From contig NC_081369.1 of NCBI RefSeq assembly GCF_030684315.1, forward strand, positions 44,809,598 to 44,873,597: DNA of 64,000 bases, given 5' to 3'. The DNA comes from Stegostoma tigrinum. Taxonomy: Eukaryota. Made by a program: the position numbers and the translations under genes. Below the pieces are notes generated by a model. That model saw only the letters and a program-made list of their open reading frames with translations. It did no database searches and was not told where the DNA came from. Positions 39,900 through 51,802 of the stretch are shown piece after piece. Numbering within the stretch: the stretch's first letter is position 1; the number at the start of each line of letters is the position of its first letter.

Positions 39900-41190
39900 T
39901 TTAAAAAATTGCATTTTAGATGGGCATCACTGACAAGGCCAGTATTTTTGCTCATCCCTCAATGCTTTTTAAGGTGATAGTCAGTTGCTTTCTTGAACCA
40001 CTGCAGTCCACTTGGTGTCAGGAGACCCACAATGCCCTTAGTGAAGAAGTTTCAGGATTTTAGTTCAGACAATGCAGGATTGGTAGTGCTACAGTTCCAA
40101 GTCAGGATGGTGAGTGACTTGGAAGGGGATTTGCACATAATATTGTTATCACGCATTTATAAACCTGTTCTTCTATGTGGTACCTATAATGAGATAAGAA
40201 GATACTGTTGAAGGAGAATTGGAGATGCTACAGTGCATCTTTTTGGTGGAAAACTACATTGTGCCTTCTAGAAGCAGAGGGAATCAGTTTTTTAAGGTGG
40301 TCGATATGGTGCTAATCAGACAGGCTGCACAGTGATGAGCTTTTGAGTGCTGTTGGAGGTGCACCCATCAAGGCATGTGAAACTGTAACATGCTCTTGTA
40401 GCTATAATATTTACATGCTGGTCTTGTTCAGTTTCTTGTCAATGGTCATCCACAGGACTTTGGTGCTTGTACATGCCAGATAACAGGATGAATCTGAGAT
40501 AGGATTTGAGAAAGGCCTAATGGCTTGATATAATATTGTTCGGAAAATCTCATGGATGCCGAGTGATGTGGGTTTATGTGTTAGTGGGGAATTCAACAAT
40601 GATAACGCCATTGAATGTTCAGTCCCAATGTTGGAAATGTTCATTGCCTGGCTCTTGTCAGAAGTCTGCCACTTATCAGCCCTAGTCTAAATATTGCCCA
40701 GACACCTGAAGAGTTGCAAATGATGTTGAACATTGCAATCATCAGTGAACATTCCCACTTCTAATCTCACAAAGATAATTGAAGAATCAGCTAAAGATGG
40801 TTGGATCAGGACAATATTCAGAGGAGGTAGTAGTCTCCAGCAATCACAACAATCTTCTGTTTTGCTTGGTATGGCTCCAACCAGTGAAACATTTTCCTGG
40901 ATTCCCACTGATCCCAGTTTTTCATGTGATGCCTGATGCTACACTTGATTAAATACTGCCTTGATGTGATGAACAGTAATTATCGTTACACCTCTAGAAT
41001 TTAGGCACAAGGCTATAATGTGGTCAAGAGCCAAGCAGGTCACCACACAAACTAATGACAGTAAATAGGTTTTTGCCAACTAAGTACTACTTGATAGCCC
41101 TGTTGATGACAACTTTCATTACCTTGCTCATGTTTGAGAGAAGACTGAGGATGAAGTAATTAGATTCTCTTGCTTTTCATTGATGAGGTG
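39900..41190 (-). mobile_element. Second LINE family: 3' end plus RT remnants
   Basis: Tail at 39900-39960. Minus-strand MFTDDC (FADD motif) at ~40735-40752 and DIKAVF (DIKAAFD) at ~40945-40965. Confidence 0.8.
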
Positions 41191-41240
41191 TTTGTCGCCA
41201 TTTCTAAAAGTTCGCAACAAAACTTGCTGTTAAAAGAGCT

Positions 41241-41457
41241 TCAGAGATAGTAGGAACTGCAGATGCTGGAGAATCTGAGATAACAAGGTATAGAGCTGGA
41301 TGAACACAGGAGGCCAAGCAGCATCAGAGGAGCAGGAAGGCTGACGTTTCAGGCCTAGACCCTTCTTCTGAAGAAGGATCTAGGCCCGAAACGTCAGCCT
41401 TCCTGCTCCTCCGATGCTGCTTGGCCTGCTGTGTTCATCCAGCTCTACACCTTGTTA
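41241..41457. mobile_element. PLE family A hairpin mini-insertion with 13-bp TSD
   Basis: Exact TSD tgttaaaagagct at 41228-41240 and 41453-41465. The centre ccttcttc-t-gaagaagg at 41369 lies on the hammerhead core. Confidence 0.93.
41368..41395 (+). ncRNA. Minimal hammerhead-like motif (N7=A variant)
   Basis: CTGAAGA-A-GGATCTAGGCCC-GAAA-CGTC. The core boxes are intact, but stem II has one mismatch and the motif is buried in a long hairpin. Confidence 0.45.
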
Positions 41458-42799
41458 AAAGAGCTGTTGGATATAAGATGTAATCTGTATGACACAGCAG
41501 ACACTGCACAGCAGAATCAATAGCAAAGTGAAATTAATAGCCCAAATGATGTCAACATGTAAACTAACAAGGCAACAAAGTAAATACACTAATTGCACAG
41601 CTTTTTAAAACAGTGAGCACAAGCACGGTGGGCTGAAAAGCCTCATTTCATGTTGTAAAATTCTAGGAATCAATGACTCTAAGATGTTCAGAAGCCATTA
41701 CAGCTGTAAAAGTGAAATTACAGCTTTCAATTTCAACCCGACCAGCCTATTAGCTCTTTCTTTACAGCCTTATCAACCTGAAGTGTTGCCTTTAATGTCT
41801 TGTGAACTTATATCACCAAATCCCTCTGCTTTTCAACAGCATCAAGTCAACTCGCATTCAGAGCATAATTACCATGTTATTTTTCTTAAGCAAAATTTAT
41901 CATCACCTCCTTGCTGATAATAAACACTATCAGCCATTTTAGCCCATCCTGCCATCTTATCAATATGTCTTTGCAGTTTTCTTTTGTCCTTCTAAATAAT
42001 GAATTACAATTTATAAGAACTTATCATCGGCAAATTTCAACATCACTTCCTCTAAGCTTATATCTAACTTGTTAATATACTCAGAAAAATTAAAATGAAA
42101 CATGTAGAACTGCAGTACACATTTCCAACTTCTCTGAAAAACAGCACTTGAAACTGTTAATCTGCTTTCTTCCTTCTAACGAACTTTCAATTCAGTTCAC
42201 TATCGTCTTTCAAATTCCTACTCCATATAAATCTTCACTACAGAATACATCTTCTCTTCTACCAATGTTGCTCTTCATGTTTATTTGGATGAGGAAAGTT
42301 GAGAAAAGTCTTCAAAGAAGTATAAAAACTGACTTGGATTGGCTGAATCAAATGGCCGTTTTCTGTATATCTCCTTTAGAATATTAGTATCCCAACCCAC
42401 ACCAAATGCTTATATCTCAGTCATTATTTTGAAGTTTTCAGCCAGGTTTTCTAATAAATTTTATTAAGTTTAGATCCTCCAAATACTTGAATCCAGTTCA
42501 TGTCAATATGCAATAAATGAATTTTAACATTTACATTCTTTTTATCAAACAACTTATTTCTCATAGTTCTTCTCTTTAAACTCATCGCTGTGCTCACTCC
42601 CTGTAATCTTGACCCTGATCAGAACTGATGCACTTTATTCAGTCTTTCTTTGTTGCATATGTCTCTTACTGGATAGCTATCTGCATGGCTATTGGTCTCA
42701 TCGCCTTCTACCTTCACCAGTCGGTGATCCTGGTTAATTTAGTATTTCCAGAAGCCCCAGGTAACATTTGATGATTTATCAGTACAAACCCACTTCTGA

Positions 42800-43021
42800 T
42801 ATAAAACAAAAATTGCTGGAAAAGCTCAGCATGTCCAGCAGCACCTGGGAGAGAAATTAGTGCTAATGTTTCAGGTTAAGTGACGCTTCCTCAGAACTGA
42901 GGAAGTTAACAGAAATTAACTTTGATTTCTCTCCATAGGTGCTGCCAGAACTGTTGAACTTTTCCAGCAAATTTTGTTTCTGTATCTGATTTATAGCATT
43001 TGCAGCTCTTCCAGTTGTTAT
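42800..43021. mobile_element. PLE family B hairpin mini-insertion
   Basis: Arms aaacaaaaattgctggaaaagctcagca / tgttgaacttttccagcaaattttgttt. Centre cttcctcag-aa-ctgaggaag (42886-42905). Possible degenerate TSD ccacttctgata (42790-42801) / ccagctctgata (43022-43033). Confidence 0.8.
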
Positions 43022-43068
43022 CCAGCTCTGATACAGCTGACTCTTGGAGAACAGTGCCCAGCTGACCC

Positions 43069-44944
43069 AGATAACAAGGTTTAGAGCTGGATGAACACAG
43101 CAGGCTAAGCAGCATCTTAGGAGCAGGAAAGCTGATGTTTCGGGCCTAGAACCCTTAATCAGAAATGGGTGAGGGGAAGGGAGTTCTGAAATAAGTAGGG
43201 AGAGAGAGGGCGAGGCAGATCGAAGATGGATAGAGGAGAAGATAGGTGGAGAGGAGACAGACAGGTCAAAGAGGCTGGGATGGAACCAGTAGAGGTGAGT
43301 GTAGGTGGGGGATGGTGACAGGGGATAGGTCAGTCCAGGGACAATGGACATGTCAAGGTCGCGCTAATGAGGTTAGCAGGTAGGAAATGGGGTGTGACTT
43401 GAGGTGGGAGGAGGGGATAGGTGAGAGAACGAACAGGTTAGGGAGGCAGGGACAAAGCTGGGCTTGTTTTGGGATGCAGTGGGGGGGAGGGGAGATTTTG
43501 AAGCTTGTGAAATCCACATTGATACCATTGGGCTGCAGGGTTCCTAAGCGGAATATGAGTTGCTTTTTCTGCAACCTTCAGGTGGGATCATTGTGGCACT
43601 ACAGGAGGCCCAGGATGGACATGTCATCTGAGGAATGGGAGGGGGTGTTAAAATGCTTCGTGACTGGGAGATGCAGTTGTTTATTGCAAACCTAGCATAG
43701 GTGTTCTGCAAATACGTCCCCAAGCTTCCGCTTGGTTTCCCCGATGTAGAGGTGGCCACAACGGGTACAGCGGATGCAGTATGCCACACTGGCAGATGTG
43801 CAGGTGTACATCTGCTTGATGTGGAAAGTCTTCTTGAGGCCTGGGATGGGAGTGAGGGAGGAGGTGTGGGGGCAGGTGTACTAATCCTCACATACCACCC
43901 CACCAAACTCCGGATCCAACGCATCATCCTCCAACACTTCAGCCATCTGCAATCTGACTCCACCACCAAAGACATTTTTCCCTCCCCACCTTTGTCTGCT
44001 TTCTGGAGGGACTATTCTCTCCATGATTCCCTTGTCCACTCCACACTCACCTCCAGCCCCACCACACCCAGCACTTTTCCCTGCAACCGCAGGAAGTGCT
44101 ACACCTGCCCACACACCTCACACCTCACCCCCATCCCAGGCCCCAAGGAGACTTTTCACATCAAGCAGATGTTCACCTGAATATCTGCTAAAGTAGTACT
44201 CTGCATCCGCTGTACCCGGTGTGGCCTCCTCTACATTGGGGAAACCAAGCGGAGGCTTGGGGACCGCTTTGCAGAACACCTCCGCTCGGTTCGCAATAAA
44301 CAACTGCACCTCCCAGTCGCAAAGCATTTCAACTTCCCCTCCCATTCCTCAGGTGACATGTCCATTCTGGGCCTCCTGCAGTGCCACAATGATGCCACAC
44401 GAAGGTTGCAGGAACAGCAACTCATATTCCACTTGGGAACCCTGCAGCCCAATGGTATCAATGTGGATTTCACAAACTTCAAAATCTCCCCTCCCCCCAC
44501 TGCATCCCAAAACAAGCCCAGCTTGTCCCCGCCTCCCTAACCTGTTCCTCCTCTCACCTATCCCCTCCTCCCACCTCAAGTTGCACCCCTATTTCCTACT
44601 TACCTACCTCATTCTGCCCCCTTGACCTGTCTATCCTCCCTGGACTGACCAATTCCCTCCCTACCTCCCCACCTACGCTCACCTCTACTGGCTCCATCCC
44701 CCCCTCTTTGACCTGTCTGTCTCCTCTCCACCTATCTTCTCCTCTCTCCATCTTTGATCTGCCTCCCCCTCTCTCCCTATTTATTTCAGAAATCCCTTCC
44801 CTTCCCCTATTTCTGATGAAGGGTCTAGACTCGATACATCAGCTTTCCTGCTCCTAAGATGCTGCTTGGCCTGCTGTGTTCATCCAGCTCTGCAGCTTGT
44901 TATCTCGGATTCTCCAGCATCTGCAGTTCCTAATATCTCTGATA
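43069..44944. mobile_element. Large inverted PLE family A insertion: minus arm 43069-43880, plus arm 43881-44944, 14-bp TSD
   Basis: Both arms encode GIY-YIG remnants, and the plus arm also has LILTYHPTKLRIQRIILQHF (RT thumb/linker). Exact TSD ccagctgacccaga at 43058-43071 and 44945-44958. Confidence 0.95.
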
Positions 44945-46643
44945 CCAGCTGACCCAGAGTTGAGTTCATATTCAAACAAATCGAAAGGTCCCTTATTGCC
45001 ACCTTTAAGCATTCATTAATTTCCCTAAACCTCTTGTCCTTTCCTATTCTCCTATTTCGACAAAAGTGATCCCGATGTTACCACATCAGAAGTCCTGGAT
45101 CAAAATTTGTCTCTTAAACTCATAAATACATTGCTTTACTTTCTATACATCACTAGCTCCTACAAAACACATAATAACTGTATTTTTCAACACACTTTGA
45201 ACTAACTTTTCAAGCCCAGGCACCATGTCCCTAGTGCAGTGAAAACTGATGAAGCAACAAAGCATCTTGAACTTTTTGTCCCGAATGCAAAACATCAAGG
45301 CAGTTTTCTCTGACTTCTGAATTGCTTATCACTAGTATGTTCCATACCTGCTATTTTTTATAGATGTTATTTATTGTGTTGTTTGGAAACAAACAGTTAT
45401 TAAATGACATGAATGGTTTTTCTCACTCTGCGAATTATGGGAAAGGTAGCTCCAAGTGGACACTAAGCATTGAGAGAAAAAGTTTGTCAAGTGGGCTACA
45501 AACATAAAGCTTATAAGATTGTATATTTTGGGACTTGTCTCTCTACCCTAGGGTAAAGTGCAGGAATAAGGGTGTCATGTGACTGTTCTGAATGCCAGCT
45601 GACAATAAGTTAGGGTATCTCTGATATTAAAGGTTAAATGTGGGCCCAGACTGCATTACTTGGAAGAAGATATAAAATTAAAAAGCCATGAAGAGGCAAG
45701 CCTTAAATCCCCTTTATCCACTGTCTGTTGGTCTTTGTTGGTCATTAACATCTCTGATTGAGCCTTTCCATTCTTGATTCTGCCTCAGAAACAGTGGTCC
45801 GTGGACAGATTGACACTGGCAAATCAGCATGCTGTCCAACAGAGAGGTATTTTGTGCCATCCTGCTCCCCCAGCCTCACACCCCACCCCCCCACCTCACT
45901 TGTCCATGGTAAGGAGGAAACATTGCCTTCTGAATATTTGACAAGGCCATAATGCATATAACAACATCTAAATAGTTAATGATATTCCCAAAATAGTGAC
46001 TTTTCATGAATAATTTTGTAACTGATTCAATTGCTTCTTTTTTCATATGTCCATTAAAGAATATTTCTGCAATATTTTTACGGAGAGAGAACCTGCAACC
46101 TACTAAATATGAGGAGTCCATTCTCTCTCTCTCTTAACTCTCTCACTGCCAGTAAAGCAGGAGATGCGATTTTGTTTAGTAATGCAATATGCTAAGGTAA
46201 TGACTTCTCCTCGCAAATTTAATATGCTCTTTTATATGAATGCATATAGGGTGCATTAATCAACTATACCTTCAATGTCACTGAACCACCACATACTACA
46301 AGTGATTAAGGAATCAGTTCTTGCATGCTGTTCTTGAGTCACTTGGATGAAGTCCACAATATGACAAACAAAACTAGTGATAAGAGCAGCGGTCTGTAAG
46401 TGGCTGACTGCTCACTGTGCCATTTTATTTCATGAAAACCGGGCAATCAGAAAGATTTTGAAAGAAAACAGTAGGAGTCCAAAATTCAGCCAATCTGGCA
46501 GTTTTGTTGGTTTTGTTATTCCCTGTAATTCAGGCATATTTTCGACAATCATGTAAAATGCAGAATCAAACAGGAACTACATCATCCTCAGATTCAGTTC
46601 CTCTCTTCCTACTCTGTACTCAGTATTTTCTTATACCTTTGTG

Positions 46644-46707
46644 CAAGGCCAATAAATGAAACTTTGATGAATAAACAAGGCCAATAGATGAAACTCTGAT
46701 GAATAAA
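46644..46707. repeat. Tandem duplication, 2 x 32 bp
   Basis: caaggccaataaatgaaactttgatgaataaa / caaggccaatagatgaaactctgatgaataaa. Confidence 0.85.
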
Positions 46708-46779
46708 TAGGAAGCAACTATTCTTATTAAAATAAAATCTCTCTCCCCCAACTCACTTCTTATTCTGTAGATAAAGCTA

Positions 46780-47210
46780 TTTCCAACAGTAAAACAAGCT
46801 TGATGAGAATGTTTTCAAGGTTTAGAAGATTGTGAGGATAAATTGGAGAAATTTAGACTATTTTCCTTGGATAGGAGAAACCTGAGGGGAACTTTGACAG
46901 AAATTTTCAAAATTATAGGGAGTCTAGACAAAGTAGAAATTGAGAAACTGCTCATGCTTGTGAAACGAGGGCACCAATTTTAAAAAAAACATCTTTTATA
47001 CACATTGAGTGGTCTGGGTTTAGGAAAAAGGTCTAGAAGTGTGGTGCAGGCAGGTTCAATTAAAGCCATGAAGAGGGCATTAAATGATTACTTAAATTTA
47101 AAAAAAAAACAAGGTATGTGGAAAATGCAGAATCTATTACTAACTTTAAATACTCAGTAAATTGGTGCACATACAATGATCTCCTTCTATACTATAACGA
47201 TTCTGTGATT
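46780..47210 (+). mobile_element. Decayed CR1 3' fragment
   Basis: LFSLDRRNLRGNLTEIFKII.SLDKVE remnant. Confidence 0.7.
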
Positions 47211-47821
47211 CACACCATACACCATTCTCTGACTCAGAATTCTTCGTCAAGCAATTTATTCTCAGCCATCTGTCAATACCACTTCAACTAACCACAGGAG
47301 CACTATTTTCCCAGTCCATCAGAGGCAGGTTGGAGGATGAATTGGGTGTGAATGTCCTGGAAGTTGGCATTGGTCAGGATCCCGTCACAATCCGGTCCTT
47401 CCTTTGTCAAATTGAATGTTTCATCTCATTGGTCTCCCATCAAGAGTCCACCAACCCCGAGGCAAGATGCCAGTTGGACTGCTTTGGGAAAGAGGAGATG
47501 CGAATCTCAGATTCCCTACAGGGAAGATATCCAATCTTACTGGCTGAGGATAAGAGAGTAAAATTCTACTTAATGTTTCTACTCAACACTTTCTATAGAA
47601 AGACTGGCAAAAGCTGCAACTTATATATAAGCTAAATTCCACATGAAGCAGCATCCTCATGCACAACAGAACAGGCTACAATCTCAAAACTCCAGATACA
47701 ATACCAGCTGATATTCCATAGTTTGAAAGCATATACACACATTTTACTTTGCCCTTTTATCCCTTCGCTGCAACATAGCAGTTTCCCTTCCTTCTTCACC
47801 CCAAATAACTCTATAATGGTA

Positions 47822-48036
47822 TCAGAGATAATGGGAACTGCAGATGCTGGAGATTCCAAGATAATAAAATGTGAGGCTGGATGAACACAGCAGGCCAAGC
47901 AGCATCTCAGGAGCACAAAAGCTGACGTTTCGGGCCTAGACCCTTCATCAAGGGTCTAGGCCCGAAACGTCAGCTTTTGTGCTCCTGAGATGCTGCTTGG
48001 CCTGCTGTGTTCATCCAGCCTCACATTTTATTATCT
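47822..48036. mobile_element. Very young PLE family A hairpin: perfect 87-bp inverted arms, 12-bp TSD
   Basis: 47859-47945 is the exact reverse complement of 47950-48036, with loop catc. An extra 37-nt tail occupies 47822-47858. TSD tctataatggta at 47810-47821 and 48034-48045. Confidence 0.96.
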
Positions 48037-48155
48037 ATAATGGTACCTTATTTTGGTCAAATCACCAATCTGCAGCTATGTCAATTGATACGGAATTTTT
48101 GTTCCTTGACTGGCTTGCCAGGAAGTAGGATTCAGCAATGTTTAAAGTAGAGTTA

Positions 48156-48449
48156 TAGAATCTTGGATCCCTACAGAGCAGAAAGAAGGCCTCGGGTTTG
48201 CACCAACCCTCCAAACAGCATCGCACCCAGATTCAGACCTCCTCCCTATCCCTGAGACCCCCCGTTTACCATGACCAATCCACCTAACCTGCACATTTCT
48301 GGGCTGCTAAAGGAAACCAGAGCACCTAGAGGAAACTCACGCAAACACTGGGAGAATGTGCAAAATCCACACAGTCAACCAACGCTGCAAATCAAACCTG
48401 GGTCCTGGCAATGAGATAGCAGTACTAACCACTGAGCCACTGTGCCACC
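48156..48449 (-). mobile_element. HE1-like V-SINE
   Basis: The reverse complement gives ggtggcacagtggctcagtggttagtactgct.., the V-domain and the tail tgtagggat. Confidence 0.88.
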
Positions 48450-51400
48450 TTCAGTTTGGAGTCCAAAACTGCAATTCACATTACAACGAAACTCGAATCC
48501 TAGAAAAACATCATTGTCAGAAGGGTTGAGTAAATGCAGATTAATGTTTGTGAGCTTGACCTTTGATACAAAAGCTGACAATACAGTCTCTAGCATTAAA
48601 CATTAATCTGATTTCTTCTCTCTTTAGATGCTGACTGATTTACAGAGTGCTTGGAACCTTTTAGCTTTTCAGAATCAGTATTTTGTTCCCTTATGACTGG
48701 CTATGTAGGTGCTAGTTATTTTCCCAATCCAAACACCAATTCCACATGTGGACAAATAACGTTTCATGGTGTCACTGCTTTTAAAACAGTTCATCATAAA
48801 AATTTAGAGTCTTCCCTATTGTACAAAAAGCTATATATGAGAAACACAGCCACATATTATTATCCCTGAAAGTGAATTCCTTCCTTAAGAATCTATCACA
48901 GTGATAAACAGCATACCTTATTCTAGAAATGTGGAAAACAATGCTTCAAATAAATTAAATGAAGCATTTTATGCTCACAATTACTTTTATTAAATTGATG
49001 TTTCAACAAAAAAAATGTTAATTTATCCATCCCAAATTCAAGAGAATGTACAGGTATAACAATGTCATGTATATAAATGATCAGGTCTGTATTATTGGCT
49101 TAATGAATGAAAATCTCCTGTGGATTTTAATAGCTCCAATGTTAACCAAGCACAAATATTGGGGCTTATTAGCTATTAAATCATCACAAACCAGTTAAAT
49201 ACACAGATAACATTTAAACAAAATTTGTATATCAATTGTTTTCTGCCTTCATTCAACAAAATCAATGCACTTAAGTAGTAAAACTTATGTTTCCCAAATC
49301 AAGTCATTCTATTGTGTAAGATTGTGAATAAACTTTTGGGGCACTTTAAACTTTTGGGGCACCTGATAATATAGATGTAAGTGTGCATGTTTTTAGATTT
49401 CAATATTCAGCAACACAGAACTTACATTCCCTTTTTCAGCAAAATCATTTTAAAATCTCTCTATATAAATTAGTTACCATTCCATAGAAATGATCAATGA
49501 TTTTTGATATTTTAATGTAGTTGCCACATGTTCAGTTCTTTAAATATAAATTGTCATACCTTCACACACACAAACAACAAACTTCATCTTAAACGACCTT
49601 TGAGATTTTCAAGCATAGAGCATTTGAACAGTTTCTATGTGGCAAGTTGAGACAACAAATTAAACTCATCTCAACTTCAACCTATCTTTTCCTGTAGAGT
49701 ACAGAAAATCACAAGCATAACCATTCATTTTACAGTATTATCATTGCAAATGCAATAATTAAAACTGCAGAGAAAAGTCACTAGAGAATTTCTTAAAAGG
49801 GTAATTTTTTTCTCCAATTCATCAGTTACAGTTTTACATATCCCTTAATCACAATTAGATTTTAATTATTGTTGAACCCATTTTATAACAAATTATCCTA
49901 TGATTTTCTATTAAAATGTTGTGGAATGAAATCATATTTTTAAATTGTTTGAGAACCTTTTTACAAACAATAAATCTGACGGTAGACTCCAAATGATACA
50001 AGACAATAGTTTACAATTCTAAAAGACAAATTTCAAATCTTAAAAAAAAACAATTTGCTGGTTAATATGTATCTTTGTGTTGACAGAACTGAAATAACCA
50101 AAAATGCAAAAGTTGCCCTTCTAAAAAACACACATTTATAAACAGCTTTATCCTCATTATGTACTGAAAACTATTCTGCAAAGCAGATTTATATTCTTAT
50201 ATTGCAGAGAATGGCTAGTAGTTAAAATTTAATGTGAGTTCTTCATATTTTGCCACACAAATATTACTAATATTTTAGATCAGGAGCAGAAGTATTTTGA
50301 TCGGTTTAAAATTGTGTCATAGCTCTCTAACAATGTTTACCCCAAAACAAAATGACGAAAAAGAAATCACATGGATTGTATTAAATTTGTGGTTAATGCA
50401 GTTGCACAAAGGTACAAAAATACTGCTGAATAATATTGAGTTTTTAAAACAGCATACGAATAAGTTTAGCCTGCTGCATATTCTAAATATTTCAGGCCAT
50501 GAAAACTACATTTCAACAGAAGAACCAGTCTTTCCAGCTGTAACTAAGAAAATGCCTCGCAAAGAAATTGTAAGTATTTCTGACTGACTTCATGAAACAC
50601 AGGAGAAAATGCTGCAGTCCCATGTGGCAAGGGGAGGGCCATGCTCAAGGGAAGCAACCTGTCAAAGGCGAGGCTACAATCCTCCCTTTGAGTGTAGCCC
50701 TTGCTGGGATTGCTGATTTTACCCACCAGTGATTATACTCCTCCAAATGTATAGACAGCCTCAAAATTACTGTTGATCATCTTAGCAGACAAAAGCATCT
50801 GTTAACCATTTCTTGGTGCTGGCAGGCAAAAACTGCCCTTTCAGTATGATGCCAACAGTTCCACAGTCTCTTAATTGTTTTAACGAAGGCGCTGACATAT
50901 GCTCCGATAAAATAGCAAACTGCGCAATGACATAGGAGTGCATTTGAAGCTCATCTGATTAAATTGACATCAGCAACTTCACATCTTATGCTCACGAATG
51001 TATTTTTGTAGCTGCTGTCATCAGGTATAACGCAAATAATGTTCAACTAAGCAATCTCTTCTATTTACTTCATTGCAAATTTTCTAATCTGAGCACATAG
51101 CAGACTATGCTTTTCAATTCAGCAAACTCTACCAGCAAAAATTTTAAACCTTCATTATGTGATATGAAGTAAGAAACAGGTTCACACAACATGTAGTGTT
51201 ATTTATTAGTATCTGTCTGTTTTCCATATAATTGTTAACTTCTGACAGGCTAAAAGTCATTTTCACAATACAAAGACACTGTACGATGCAGAGAAAATAA
51301 TTTATTGAACTCTGCATCAATTTTACACATTTTTTTAAAACTGTGATTAATTATCTTTTTCTCTCTTAATAAGTAAGTAATTGAAGAGCTATTAATAACA

Positions 51401-51787
51401 AACTAATCAGCCTATACCTTGGAAGATGGCATTAATTATGAATATTAAAAAAATTAAATGAAACATTTCCATTTCAAGCCAAGTGATAAATATGTATAAC
51501 GGAAATGAAGTTTTGCACTTTTTATTTATGTTTTTTTAAGATGACCACAAAAAACCTTCTCAGCCAGGCAGACTGTGCTTCAAGTATGATGACACTAGTT
51601 TCCAAGTGCCTTTATTGCTAAAATTTGGAGGTTATGGCTTAACAATAGTGGCAGCACTTTAAAATAACTCATTGTCTGGGATTTGTTCCAGGACATTTCG
51701 GTGAAATGGTGTAAAATGGCCCAGACTTTGCTTTATTAATAACAATGCACCTATCAACATAATAGAGCAAAATTGACAGTAACCTTA

Positions 51788-51802
51788 AGCGCCCTCTACA
51801 GA
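51788..51802 (-). promoter_or_regulatory. Candidate CTCF-like motif
   Basis: Minus strand TCTGTAGAGGGCGCT versus consensus CCAC[C/T]AG[A/G]GGGCGC; located in non-repeat sequence with the CpG retained. Confidence 0.3.

Noticed and set aside
44813-44840. Active hammerheads at 43134-43162, 44813-44840 and 63495-63522
   Set aside because: Core mutations (CTGATTA, GATA and AAAA respectively) should inactivate them.
46644-46707. CRISPR-like or functional repeat arrays (also 21504-21544 and 49329-49362)
   Set aside because: Only two adjacent units with no spacers; ordinary tandem duplications in a eukaryotic genome.
47261-47548. ctcagcca / tggctgag inverted ends as TIRs
   Set aside because: Only 8 bp, with no TSD and no second copy; compatible with chance.
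7954-48036. Short palindromes as DNA-transposon MITEs
   Set aside because: The arms are PLE 3' ends, the termini are asymmetric, TSD length varies (12-16 bp) and the centres differ, all unlike transposase products.
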